This document shows, in pieces, positions 1-12,500 of a stretch of DNA of 64,000 nucleotides. Source of the stretch: the human T2T-CHM13v2.0 reference genome, Homo sapiens; NCBI RefSeq assembly GCF_009914755.1, contig NC_060936.1; one strand, 5' to 3'. Position 1 is the first letter of the stretch. The number at the start of each line of letters is the position of its first letter. The position numbers and the translations under genes were made by a program. The notes under the pieces are model-generated. The model saw only the letters and a list, made by a program, of their open reading frames with translations. It ran no database searches and had not been told where the DNA came from.

Positions 1-364
1 AATTTCTTCTGCCAGGCACTCTAAATCAACTTCTCTCAAGTCCAAAGTTCCACAGATTTCCAGGACAGGGGCAAAATGCTGCCAGTCTCTTTGCTAAAGC
101 ATAGCAAGAGTAACCTTTGCTCCAGTTCCCAATAAGCTCATCTCCATTTGAGACCACCTTAGTCTGAACTTAATTGTCCATATCACTATTAGCATTGTGG
201 TGATTCAACAGATATCTAGGAAGTTCCAAACTTCTCCACATCTTCCTGTCATCTGCTGAGCCCTCCAAACTGTTCCAACCTCTGTCCATTACCCAGTTCC
301 AAAGTCGCTTCCACATTTTAAAGTATTTTTATAGCAGTGCCCTAAACTTCCAGCACCAATTTTC
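1..364 (-). mobile_element. MaLR (THE1D/MSTA-type) internal sequence, 5' part, truncated by the window edge
   Basis: The reverse complement begins GAAAATTGGTGCTGGAAG...GGAAGCGACTTTGGAACTGGGTAA and is homologous to the THE1 internal start at 23609; it abuts the LTR at 365. Confidence 0.9.
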
Positions 365-728
365 TGTATTAGTCCATTTCCACACTGCTGTAAAGAACTA
401 CCTGAGACTACGTAATTTATAAATAAAAGAGGTTCAATAGACTTACAGTTCCACACGGCTGGGGAGGCCCCAGGAAACTCACAATTATGATGGAAGGAGA
501 AGGGGAAGCAAGGTACGTCTAACATGGTGGTGAGAGAGAGAGAGAGGAGAGAACCACCACATGCTTTTAAACCACCAGAGCTCATAAGAATTCACTCACT
601 CTCATGAGAAGAACATGGAAGAAACCACCCCCATGATCCAATCACCTCCCACCAGGTCCCTTTCTCAACATGTGGGGATTACAATTCCAGATGAGATTTA
701 GGTGGGGACACAGAGCAAAACCACATCA
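365..728 (-). mobile_element. THE1D/MSTA-type 5' LTR
   Basis: The reverse complement runs TGATGTGGTTTTGCTCTGTGTCCCCACCTAAATCTCATC...CTAATACA; TG...CA ends, 364 bp. Confidence 0.9.
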
Positions 729-972
729 CCTGCCCACCTTCATATTGAAACTATACCATTAGCTTTGGTTCTCAGGCCTTCAGAATTGAACTGGAACTAC
801 ACCATTGGCTTTTCTGGATCTCCAGCTTGCCAACTTCAAACCTTGGGAGTTCCCAGCCTCTATAACTGCATAATCCAACTTCCTATTACAAATCTCTGTA
901 GATAGATGGGTAAATAAATGGATATACATACATATATATGTCTCTAGGGTTTACTGGAGAACACTGAGAAAT
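729..972 (+). mobile_element. MLT2 (ERVL) LTR 3' portion, probably the target of the THE1/MST insertion
   Basis: CTCAGGCCTTCAGAATTGAACTGGAACTACACCATTGGCTTTTCTGG...CCAGCTTGC and a terminal CTGGAGAACACTGA resemble MLT2 and the copy at 50117. Confidence 0.75.
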
Positions 973-1913
973 AAAATTTCTAAAGAGATTTATCACTAAT
1001 CAAATATTTCAAAATGCAATTTCCTCAAGATTACTCAAATAGTAAATATAGAAGCCAAATTAATACAAGCCCAGTCTTTCCACTATAACACACTGCCAGC
1101 CACCATTTTTGGCTTATCATTTTTATATAAAACATTTATTTTTCCTTCTTTGACATTTTTTGTAAAATTATAATCACCTGTGCTTTAGCCGCAAAGACAT
1201 TATTCTAAAAGGTTTGCAGTATATATTTATATTTGTTTTATTTCTTACCATCTTCTTGACTATTTTTCCAAAAATTGAGCCCTTTAGGGAGCTCTCTATT
1301 TATATTCATAAGCATAAAGCCGTGTTTTTTTAGGTTTCCTTCTATTTTTTCTTATTGGAAGTAAAAGCAATTGAATTGTTGGTTTTGCTTTATATGAAGC
1401 ATTTTCTTCTATAATTTTTACTACTCTAATTTTCTGCAGTAACTCCCTTACATTTCCACCAAATCTACATCACAGACTGTTGTGTCCTGGATTAGTTTGT
1501 TATTGCTGCATAATCCCTTAACACAACTGAGTGACTTAAAGTAACACACATTATTATCTCACACTTTCTACAGGCCAAAAGTCCAGGGAGCACAGCTAAA
1601 GAGGGTTTTGTGATTCTGAGTTGCAGCCTGGAAGAGCCTTACCAGGCTGCAACCCAAGGGTGAGGTGGGCCTATGATCTTCTCTGAGGACCAACTGGTAA
1701 AACAGCCACTTCCCCTCCTTTTGTGATTGTAGGATTCTGACTACTGTTTTCTTGCTGGCTGTTGGCCCGCAGCCTGGTTCAGCTCCTGGAGGATTCCTAC
1801 AGTTCCTTGCCGCTTGGCCTTGTTCATATGCCCTTGCACAATGTGACAGCTTACTGCTTCAAAGCCAGTAACGAAGGGGAATCTCTCTCATGCATGTTAG
1901 CAAGCACAAGAAA

Positions 1914-1970
1914 GATAGGATGGATAGATGGATGGATAGATAGACAGATAGACAGATAGATAGATAGATA
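1914..1970. repeat. Compound (GGAT)/(GACA)/(GATA)n tetranucleotide STR
   Basis: gataggatggatagatggatggatagatagacagatagacagatagatagatagata read directly. Confidence 0.95.
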
Positions 1971-2208
1971 ATTCATATATATAATACATTGAATGTATAC
2001 ATAAATAAAATCTGCCATATGCATATGTAAAACACTGTAAACATGCATGTATTGAATATAAATATGGTTGTGTTTGTGTGTATGTGTATTTCACAAAAGT
2101 CACATTCCATCACTTTTGCCATATGCCATACTCTAGTGGTTAGAAGCAAGTCATTGGTCCTGTCAGCAGTCCAGGGTTGGAGATTATACAACAGTGTGGC
2201 TCACTTGG

Positions 2209-2603
2209 TGCTATGGTTTGAATGTTTGTTCCCCCTTTAAAACTGATGTTGGAATTTAATTACCAATCTAATAGCATTGGGATGTTGGTACCTTAAGAGG
2301 TGATTGGCCGTAAGAGCTCTACCCTCATAAATGGATTATGTCATTATATAAAGGGGTTTTAGGAGTAGGCTCTTAGTCTTGGCCCTTCTGCCTTCCACCA
2401 TGTGAAGATCTAGTGCTCCATCCCCAAAAGGATGCAGTGTGCAAGGGTTCATTTTGGAAGAAGATAATGGCTTCATCAAACACCAAACTTCATGGCACCT
2501 TAACCTTCGACTTCCCAGCCTGTGAGTTAATAGACTTCTGTTCTTTATAAATTATCCTGGCTCAGGTGTTCTGCTGTTTATGGCAGCACAAAATAAACTA
2601 AGA
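2209..2603 (+). mobile_element. MST(C/D)/MLT1A-type solo LTR
   Basis: TGCTATGGTTTGAATGTTTGTTCCCCC...CTTCCCAGCC...ATAAACTAAGA. Confidence 0.8.
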
Positions 2604-2901
2604 TTCTTGGGATCGCTTAAAGGTGTGTATGTTACATGCCTTAACTTTTTATTTGACAGTTCTTCTGAACAAGATATACCTTTATTTTGTTCCATTCACC
2701 AAAAAAAGTATTATCGATGGTAAAATGATCACATTTTACATTAATAGATAATCATCTGTGGCCATAATTAGTGTTCAATGTGATAGTCTGAGTCAGAAAT
2801 CTCCCTATAATCTCATTGGCCATTATGTCATAAAATTTTTGCCCTAAAAAAGTGAATTAACAAACCAGCATTTGAAAAATGAAGTATTTATATTTGTATT
2901 A

Positions 2902-3248
2902 CAGGCATACTTCTGCGATATTGTGGGTTTGGTTCTGGACCATGGCAATAGAGCAAGGCATACCAATTTTTTGGTTTGTCAGTGCATATAAAAGTTACAT
3001 TTTTACTTTAATTGATTAAGTGTGTCATACAATGACATACAAAAAATATCAATGTGCATACCTTAATTTACAAGTGTTTCATTGCCCAAAAATGCTGACA
3101 CAAAGATACAAAGTGAGCACCTGCTGTTGGAAAAAAAATGGTGTCAACAGACTTGCTTGATGCCGAGTTCCCACAAACCTTCAATTTGTGAAGGATGCAG
3201 TATCTGAGAAGCACAATACAATAAACACAGTGAAGTGAGGAAAACCTG
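2902..3248 (-). mobile_element. Internally deleted Tigger1-type DNA transposon (MITE-like)
   Basis: TA|CAGGCATAC...AAAACCTG|TA: TA target duplication, degenerate terminal inverted repeats, both Tigger1 ends present, no transposase. Confidence 0.85.
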
Positions 3249-3394
3249 TATTTCACTGGATAGGGTCAGGAAGCAAGCCACATTGCCCATGAGGTGCTCC
3301 AGAGAGTGAGACAACCATATGTTACCTTTCTTGTTCATTCCCACTGGCTAAGTCATTTATTTTGAAACATTAAAATCAGAGATGTCATCATTTC

Positions 3395-3620
3395 AAAAGT
3401 TCAATAAATACATGCTGAACACCTACTATGTGCCAGACACCATCCCAGGGTATTGACAGTAACAAAGGAAAAATGAATAAAATGTACATCCTCTGCCCTT
3501 GAGAAGTGTTCATTCTAGGTAGAAAGATTTAATATTTATGTAATAAGTGTAAATTCAGAGGTAAGCATAGGGTGCCAAGGGTTATCAATAAGAGAAACCT
3601 TGCTAAATTCTAAAAGAAAG
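3395..3620 (-). mobile_element. L2 3' end fragment (continues at about 4484-4945 and 5720-5900)
   Basis: TTCAATAAATACATGCTGAACACCTACTATGTGCCAGACAC is the reverse-complemented L2 3' terminus. Confidence 0.7.
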
Positions 3621-3621
3621 C

Positions 3622-4484
3622 AGCAGTAGGCTAAATAATGGCCTCCAAAGATATTAGAACCTAACCTGGAACCTATGAATGTTGCTTTATATAGATAAAG
3701 GCTATTTTTAAATGTCACTAAGTTAAAAGTCTTGAGATGGGAACGTCATGGGCTGAATGTTCAAGTCCTCCAAAAATTCATGTGTCGAAGTCCAGACTCC
3801 CAATGTGATGGTATTTAGAGGTGGAGCTTTTCATAGGTAATTAGGATTAGATTAGCTCACAAGGTGGGACCTTCACATTGGAATCAGTGCCCTTGTAAGT
3901 AGAGGAAGACAGATCTGTCTCTCTATGCCATCTTGAGCTCTCACTAAGGAAAGGCCATGTGTGCAGACAGCAAGAAGGTGGCTTTCTACAAGCCAGGAAG
4001 AGCACCCTAACAAATCACTGAGTCTGCTGGCACCTTGATGTTGGATTTCCCAGCCTCCAGACTGAGAGAAATAAGTGTCTGCTATTTAAGCCATCCAGTT
4101 TATGGTATTTTGTTGTAACAGCCTGAGCTGAGTAAAACAGGAAGATTATATTAGATTGCCAGTGTGAGCCCTAGATGCAATGAAAAGTGTCCTTACAAAA
4201 AAGAGATAGAAGGAGATTTGACACAGAAGAAAAGGCAATATGACCACAGAGGCAGAGACTGAAATTATGTGGCCACATGCCAAGGGACACTGGAGCCACC
4301 AGAAGCTGAAAAAGGCAAGAAAAAAATTCTCCCCTGGTGTTGCTGAGGGTGAGACCCCACTGATGCCTTGATTTCAACATAGTAAAACTGAACTCTCATC
4401 TCCAGAACTCTAAAAGAATAGATGGGTGTGGTTTTAAACTGCAAAGTTTGCAGCAACTTGTCACAGGACATAGAAAACTAATAC
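3622..4484 (+). mobile_element. MLT1C/D LTR split by an MLT1A-type LTR
   Basis: GTAGGCTAAATAATGGCCTCCAAAGATATT...CTTGAGATGGG, resuming at GAAGATTATATTAGATT...GAAAACTAATAC. Confidence 0.8.
3744..4139 (+). mobile_element. MLT1A/A0-type solo LTR nested in the MLT1C/D LTR
   Basis: (T)GTCATGGGCTGAATGTT...CCAAAAATTCATGTGTCGAAG...GCCTGAGCTGAGTAAAACA; degenerate GGGAA/GGAAG flanks. Confidence 0.8.
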
Positions 4485-4949
4485 TGAAGGTATTGCAGAG
4501 AGAGAGAACAGCTTGAGCAAAATCATGAAGGTAGAAAGCAGTATGGTAAATCCTGGGCACTGAAATGCCTCTGCATTGATTGAGAGCCAAGAATTAGGTA
4601 GGAAATCATGGGAATTGGGGCGCATTTACAAGACTAAGGGAAATCATGGTGACCTCATATGGCACGCTATGGACATTATCCTAAAGGGCACAATGAGATA
4701 TCAAGAAATTTTAAGTATGAGAGCAAAAGTTTTTGATTAGATATTCTACTCTGAAAGTGACATGGAACATGGTTTGGAGGTAGAAAGAGAGGAGATAAAA
4801 AGAGGATGAAGAAGGAGAAGCAGGGATACCTCTTAGAAGACTAAGTACCCTCAGAAAGGGTCTTGACAAGCATAACAATGAGATAAAGGAAAAATTTTGA
4901 AGAAATAGCCAATGAAAATCTGAAAATCAGCAAGATTTGGTGATTGTTT

Positions 4950-5701
4950 TGTGGTAGGCCAATGCTTGCTGACAGTCACACACACAGGCCTCCATAGCAC
5001 TCCCGTTATACAGGCAAACTTCCATGGCATCTGCCTTAACACTAAGTTAATAATTAAACCTAGGGAAATCAATGCCCAGACACCAAAGACAACAATGAAA
5101 CATATCTTCGGTAAGACCTTTCCCCGGGCTTCTGCTGAAGCCCAGGGCAAGTCAAGATAAAGGAAACTTTCATAAATTCCTTGTCTTGACGAGGTCCTGT
5201 CTTGGGTCCACAAAACCTGGGGTGAGTCAAGACAGCCCTTCATTCCTTGTACCAACACCCGTCTTGGATTCAATACATTTGCTGGGGGTCTGAAGCAACT
5301 CTCTAGACCCAAACCATAGGTAACATAAGGTAGAAGTAATCAACCTGGTATCAGGGGCCTAATAGATTAAGTAGATTTAGGGGACATTTCTTTATCATCC
5401 CGATACCAGAGACCTCATGCATTAAGTAGATTTAGAGGACATTTCTGGCCTCTGACATTTCAGTTAAAACAAAATTCATCACCTATAGACATAGGCGAAT
5501 ATGACACCACACATAGGCATATAGTTCAAAACATATAAAAGGACTGGAAAAACTTTAGAATCCTGAGTTGGTCTGATGAATTCTCTCTGACCTTCTCCCT
5601 GTACCTGGTTACTGAAATAAACTCTCTTCTTTCCCAGTTGGTCCGCATCTCGTTATTGGGCTACGAGAACACGAAACAGGACCTGGTTCAGTCTGGGAAG
5701 A
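4950..5701 (+). mobile_element. Solo LTR, MER54-like
   Basis: TGTGGTAGGCCAAT...GACAGTCACACACACAGGCC...AAACCTAGGGAAATC; TATAAAA near 5535, AATAAA near 5616, 3' CATCTCGTTATTGGGC...GTCTGGGAAGA. Confidence 0.75.
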
Positions 5702-8700
5702 GCTTAATTAAATTCTGACTTAAATAATTACGTTGATAGTGATGTCATTAAGTGCATTAATTTTTTTTACTTATTTTTACTTCAAGAAATAGTTCAAAGG
5801 AAGATATGTTTCCAGTTTTAGACATGTTAAATTTAAGTTACTGTTGGGGCTGTGAACTTCATCTGTGCAGTAGTGAGTTGGCTGTCCAAGTCTAAAGCTA
5901 GCAAGAGAAAAAGCAGAGGGGATGAGGCATACAGTTTGTCTTATCAAAACAAGTTTTGATAAGAGTGAAGTTTGCTTTTATAACAGGGTTATACATTGAT
6001 AGTGAAAGAGTTTCTGAAAAACATTTGTTTTGATCTCTGGAAAAAAGGAGAATGCTGTTTATATAGACTTTTCCACATTTGTTTTAAAAACAGTTTCTTA
6101 AGTCAAAGCACCTTACATATTTTGTAAACTTTAAAAAATATATCAAATAAAATACTTTTGCTTATTTTAACAACCCTGTAAATAAGAATTATAAATAATA
6201 TTATTCCTAGTTTATTGGCATGCACACTGAGGCCCAGAGGGCATTTTAAGTAGATAGCCAAGAGAAATATTCTTAGGAAATAGAAGCTAGAATTCCAGCT
6301 ACAATTTCTCCGACACGTAATCCTACCATGCTGTGCCTTGACATTGAGATATCTTTTCCCAAAGCTAAATGATTCTTGTTCGTAGCATTTGTTCATATTG
6401 ATTTTTTAAAATCAGCTTATAGTGTTATATAACAAAACTGAAGATGTTACAGAAATCAAATTTTAAAACAAATTACATTCCTATAATACATAGCAGAGAA
6501 TTTAACATATAGTAGATATTCCATTTGTCATTTATTGATTGTTGGCTATCTTTGAATGCATACAATCAACCTAAGATTAGTTCCTGAATTTTAATTTAAT
6601 AGATGTAAATAGTCACATTGTTATTATAACTTCTATTATAGAGAAATCATTTATCTCTGATAGAATTTAGTTATTTATCTAAGCAAAGACTAGTTCTCTT
6701 TCACTTTAATAATTAAATTCTTCCCAAAGGAACTCCAGCTGAGAACAGAAACCTTCCCATGTGAATCCGAAACAGAATTTCCTTTTGCAAATCTGTGCAA
6801 TCTCATGGTCTTTATTCTTAGACTTGTTTTCATTAATTCGATGAAACCAGAATTTAGCTGTGTTCTTCCATACATGTTGCAAATGAAATTGTATTTTGTT
6901 ATTGGAATCTTTAAAATAATATTCACCCAAAGTATATTTGATAAAGAACACTGTTGGCAATTTTCCTCCCAAGGAACAAAGGCTTTTTCCACATTACCAA
7001 TGCTTGATTGGTTTTCTTCCCTATATGGAAACATTTTTAAAGCCATTTTGCTACTAGGACTGTTCCTAAGAACTTGGATTCATTACCACTGTTCCCTGTA
7101 CACCAGATTGAAAACTGTAATAATGACCATTTGGGGAATTAAATTTGAGCAGTATTTCTCCACTGGATCCTACACCTGGAAAGTCCAGCTCCTCTGCAAA
7201 GACCCATCTTTATACTCAACTCCATCTCAAGCAAGCATATCCTTCAGCCTGGGGTGCCCTATTCCTCTGTAATCATTGATACCAAGTCAGCTTTTATAAT
7301 ACCATAAAATCTGAGTCAGAACAAAATTAATATAGAGAAACAAAATATGTTCAAAGATGTTCAGGAAAAGCATGGATAGAAATAATTCAGTGGGTGATTG
7401 GTGGTAATGAAGATGAACAAGCAATTCAGAGAAACATTCATGGAAACTTGTTTGTAGAAATGGAATGAGTTAAAGGATGATGAAAAGTTTTCAGGTCTGG
7501 AATAGTAGGACACTAACTGCCTTAGTAACAGGAGCAGGAAAACTGGGAAGGAAAGATAATTTGGGTTTCAATATTATTATATTTGAGAGTAAGATGAGGG
7601 CCAGACATCATTAACACAGAGAAGTCAAGCATACAATGAGAAATAATTAATTATTTAATTAATTGAAATGAAGCAAGCAACTCAGCATATTACATTTATC
7701 TATAGTTGGTGAATGGAAAGCATTATATGAGATAGCTATTACAGAAAAATTTTGACCTTTTGATTAAATAAACTGCTTTGTACGTAAGCCTACATGGAAC
7801 ATTTTAGATTTCATGTCTTTTAAACAGGTTATTGACAGTTAGGTTGTATTACCATATCCAGAGAAACAGAGAATATCATATATTTCCTGTATCCATTCCT
7901 GTGGCCCATGTAGTGACCAAAACTCCTCACCTCCAAGGTTAATTAGTAAGGACAGCAATCAATAGTAACTGAGGGGTTACAAAGGCACCACACATTTGGG
8001 CTTTGGCTTTTAGGAAAAGAAAGAAACTACCTGAAAAGCACTTGAACCAGGATAGCCTCTATGGAAAGCTATTTTCAAGAGCCTAGGTGAATTTGCTTTT
8101 GTTAGGGAAAAAAATATATTATGTTGAAACATTGTGTATATAATGAAATAGTCATTGGCTGGAATCTTACTGATATTATTCTTAGTTTCAGGAAAGAGAA
8201 AACAAGATTGCCTGTATGTGAATATCAACTAGTCTTTCCTAGATAGTCTCTATAGAGAGATGGACTGTCTTTCATTTTTAGGGGGAAAATGTTTATAACA
8301 GAGATCTATCTATAAAGTAAGCTGAAACGAGCAGGGCAAGGATAATTAAATTTATTTTGTAGGTGGGAAGCAGAGACAGAGATTAAATAACTATCTCATC
8401 AAAAAATTATACATCAAAAATTGGCAAATCTATGCTTTAAACAAGTCTTGGTATTAAAATTACTTTGGGCTTTCCTAGAAAAGTGCAAGCATATTTGGGA
8501 AATTTCCAACATTTTAAAATCTGGCATACACCTATTTCAGGTAGTTGCCATATTGTAAATCACTAATCAATAACTCAGATGCATTCAAGTAACAAGCAAA
8601 TAACATACATGGGTGAAATGGCCAAAAATAAGACAAAAGGTGTTTCTGTACGTGGTGGTTAACTGAAGAAGGAATTCCCACCCCACTTAAAGGTGATCAA

Positions 8701-9379
8701 ATACAAAGTTAGAACAGAAGAAATAAGCTAAAACTAACTGAACTTGTGCCCTGCAACAACAATTTTAAAAGCCTTTTATATAAGGGATTACATTTTAGAT
8801 TTGTGGGAATTTCACAATTTTAACATGGTATAAAACATAACTTAGTTATGTTTTTTAAAAAATTTTAAATGTGCCCAGACATAAAAAATCAAGATTCATG
8901 TCATCAAACTACTTGTTGGTTCAAATCCAGGACTGAAAAATCTCACAGAGAAAACCAAAACAAGAAACCGAATACATTACCAAAAATAAAGTTGAAAATA
9001 AATTTAAAAATAAACTAAAAATAAAACAAATGGGAACAAAACAAATATACTTATCCTGAAAGGAACCTGATTGTAGAGCCGTAGTCCTGTGTAACACTTT
9101 GCTAGGTAAAAATATGCATGAACTTCTGCAAATGCCATATAATTTAAAACTCAATAATGCTGACAGTAAATTACTTTTCTAAATTTTCAAAATCAGACAT
9201 TACCATTATTCATTTTCACAGTCCAACTGACTTGTTTTAAATTTGATCTTATAATACAAATGATTACCATTGCCTCTTGCATTTCAGACCTTCCATACAG
9301 AATAATTTTCTTCTCCCAAAATCATATACTTTATAAATGCCTGGTGACAATCTGTTGGAAGTAAGCGCTATGCTTATTT

Positions 9380-9560
9380 TGTCTGGAAGTGTCCTTATTT
9401 CTCTCTTGTTCTTGAAAGATTATGTCTTTGGATATATATTGGTTGGCTCATATTTAATCTTTGTCCTCTGAAATGATTATCCCATTCTATTCTGCCTTTC
9501 ATTATTGCTATTCAGAATCAACTATCAGTCTTTGAAGGTAATCTATGTCTTCTCTCTGTC
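9380..9560 (-). mobile_element. Ancient L1M fragment
   Basis: CTTGAAAGAT...CCATTCTATTCTGCCTTTCATTATTGCT...TTTGAAGGTAATCT resembles antisense old L1 ORF1-end sequence. Confidence 0.55.
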
Positions 9561-9584
9561 TTTTATCCCCTAGCATCTATCTTT

Positions 9585-10392
9585 TAAAATAGATACATAA
9601 TATTTGTACATATTTGTGGGGTACATGTGATATTTTGTCATATGCACAGAATTGTAATGATCAAGTCATGCATTTAGGGGATACATCACCTTGAGTATTT
9701 ATCAATTCTATGTGTTGTGAACATTTCAACTCCTGTCTTCTAGCTATTTTGAAATATACTATACATTGTTGTTTATTGTAGTCACCTGACTCTGCTAATG
9801 AACATTAAAACTTATTCCTTATATCCAACTGTATGTCTGTATCCATTAACCAACCTGTCTTCGTCCTTCCAACCCACCCACAAATCCCTAACAGCCCTTG
9901 ATATCTATCATCCTACTCTCTATCTCCATGAAACCAATTTTCTAAGTTTCCATATAGGAGTGAAAATTTGCTATCTGTCTTTCTGTGCCTGGCTTATTTC
10001 ACTTCACGTAATGTCCAGTTCCATCTATGTTGTTGCAAATGATACGATTTCATTCTTTTTACAGCTGAATAATATTCCATTGTGTGTATGTACCACTTTT
10101 TTTTTTAGTCATTAATCTGCTGGTGTGGACACAAGTTGATTCCAAATCTTGGCTATTGTTAGAAGTGCTGTAATAATGGTGGGGATGCAGATATCTCTTC
10201 AATGTACTGATTTCCCTTCTTTAGATATATAGCCATCAGTGGGATTGCTAGATCATATGGTAGTTCTATTATTATTTTGAGGAAACACCATATTGTTCTC
10301 CATAGTGGCTCTACAAATTTACATTCCCACGGGGTGTTCTGCTTGCTCCATATCCTCACCAGCATTTGATATTGCCTGTCTTTTGGATAAAA
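9585..10392 (-). mobile_element. 5'-truncated L1MA (3' UTR and ORF2 end)
   Basis: GTACATATTTGTGGGGTACATGTGATATTTTG...TTCTGTGCCTGGCTTATTTCACTT...GGGATTGCTAGATCATATGGTAGTTCTATT; minus-strand ORF 10159-10365 (ELPYDLAIPLMAIY) is L1 ORF2 C-terminus-like. Confidence 0.9.
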
Positions 10393-11869
10393 TTCTGATA
10401 TAGTCTCATGTTTTCACTCACAACTTATGTCAAGGGGTTCATTAAAGAACTCAGCCTCAAGTGGAAGTCATATTTATCCACAAAGGCACTCAGTTTTGGA
10501 GTCAATTTGGCAAAGTTTCTTTTGCAAAGAAATAAAATTCTAATAGTCACTTGTGTCATTTTTAGTTTCACTTGCTCTTCATCAAAAATATTGCTCTAAA
10601 AATCTCTGTATGTGACTGAATTTAAAGTTAAGCAAAGCATTTCCACACTTTAGTTAGAAAATAATATTGAATAATGTCAGATAAAAAATGTAGAATAATT
10701 AATTTTATTTTCTGACTTCTAGTTTGTGGCTATACATTAGTTTAGAAGTGTAATCTTTAAACAGCCTCATTGAAGCTTCATAAAGTCGAAAATCTGGACT
10801 CATGAAATTAATTGCTGTTTCCTCCTTCCCTTGTTCATTTTAGCTATGATCCAAATAAACAATTTAAAGCTATCTGTGAAAGGATAATTATGCCAATTAG
10901 ATTCAGTTGATTGTGTTCTTAAAAAATTAGAGCCCAGAAAATTAGTCTTTATGTGTTACAATTCCAATCTTTGTAATTCAAAACTATAGTAAAAATTTCA
11001 CTCAAAATGACCTTCAGAATAATTCAGTTTGTTTCGAAATATCCTTGTATATAGCAAAAGAAAATTGAGGGTGTAGCAGTAGATGTGTGTCTTATATGTG
11101 TTCCATAATTTTTAGAGTTTGATTTCTGTTCAGTTATCTTGAGTATTTTAACCTCATCTTTATAGGAATAGTGGACTAAAAGTCTACACTTTTTATTAGG
11201 AGGCGATCCCTTTAATTCCCCAACCCAGCCTGTTGGGAGAGCCAACAAGCATGGATAAATTCCAGAATGCTTGTTTCAAAGACCCGTTAAAAACACTATT
11301 CTTATCCACAACTTACCCTTTCTCTGTCTATTTCAGACAACGACTTGTACTCGCTCCTTCCAGTATCCTGCTCACTTTTAAAAATATACTTTTGCTTCTG
11401 ACCTTGGCTCTGGTATATATAACTTCTGACCCAATTTTCATCTCCTGGCTCATACATTGTCTCCATTCAAAGTGTGTTTATATTTGAACTAAATTCCCAG
11501 GTAATTCACCTGTCAGCTTTGGCCTTTGGCAAGTAGTTTATGATCTCCCCGATGAGACTTTTGTCAATTCAGACCACCGTGTTTAGAACTAAATTATCTC
11601 TCAGCTTTAATCTTTAACATTATTTTTAAGACCTCTATTTCATAGATCAATAAGACTTGCAAACCGAATCAAAAATGTTAATGTCATTTCAAGTCAGCAA
11701 CTTGCCTGTTTTAGAGAAATTATCTGCTCTGTGGAAGGAAAATGTTCTGTCAAATGAGTTTACATAGAATATGATAATAAAGTTGACTTTGTAAATAACA
11801 GGTGCAGTCTCTATAGCGCCCTGCATTTGATAAAATGACCACTGAGGTAATAGAAAATTCTACAGTAAA

Positions 11870-12065
11870 TTGTAGTGGTTAACAGATTGAGCTCTGAATT
11901 CTCAGTATCCATCAATCGTTACTATATAATTTTGGATAATTGGCCTCACCTTTTTGCATTTCAGTTTTTAATCTATAAAATGGGTATGATAATTGTGACT
12001 GTCAAGGATCTTATGGAAAAATTATTAACTTATTGTAAAAAGTAAGCACTTAAGTGTCATCTCAT
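11870..12065 (+). mobile_element. MIR
   Basis: Core TTTCAGTTTTTAATCTATAAAATGGGTATGATAAT. Confidence 0.6.
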
Positions 12066-12329
12066 TATTATCTCACAATTGCTTTTGAAATTAGAGACTT
12101 GATGTTTCTTTAGGCCTCTAGTGTCTTAGGATAAGCTGAGGAGATTATTCCTGCTCTCTAATTCTAGCAAAGGGAAAAAAAGTGTTGTGTCAAAATATAC
12201 AGTTACAAACAAACAAATATTCACTTTAGTTTCTAAAATCTAGAATAGGAGAGCAGGAATAGTCTCTTTGCAATAGAGTTACAATCTTGAGCTAACAGTA
12301 TACCCAGAAGGATAGTTTCCCCTTAGGAG

Positions 12330-12500
12330 TTCTAACACTTTAGAGCATCTAAATTCCTAGAGAATTTGTCAAAATGCAGGTTTTGGGGCCACACACAGAC
12401 CCACCAAATAAGAATTTTTGTGGAGGTCTACCCCAAGAAAATGCATTTCAATAAATAACCTAGATAATCTTGAAGTAGATGGTGAATGGTTACAACATAA
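12330..12500. mobile_element. MER5-type hAT MITE fragment
   Basis: AAAATGCAGGTTTTGGGGCCACACACAGACCCACCAAATAAGAAT...ATGCATTTCAATAAAT. Confidence 0.5.

Larger units (their letters stand above)
1483..2636 (-). mobile_element. Old MLT1 (F/G-like) LTR, interrupted by an STR and a younger MaLR LTR
   Basis: ATTAGTTTGTTATTGCTGCATAA...GACTTAAAGTAACACACATTATTATCTCAC, and later CATCACTTTTGCCATAT...TGGTTAGAAGCAAGTCA; both are MLT1-type motifs. Confidence 0.65.

Noticed and set aside
1762-2240. Cluster of short ORFs (IYLSI.., DGWIDRQIDR)
   Set aside because: Products of GATA/TA simple repeats and MLT1 sequence.
4851-5312. 153-aa minus-strand ORF
   Set aside because: Lies largely antisense within the MER54-like LTR, lacks an ATG start and shows no homology I recognise.
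6690-7272. Overlapping 118 aa (-) and 155 aa (+) ORFs in apparently unique DNA
   Set aside because: No recognisable domain, amino-acid composition typical of AT-rich non-coding DNA, and no promoter or splice context; lengths are within chance expectation.
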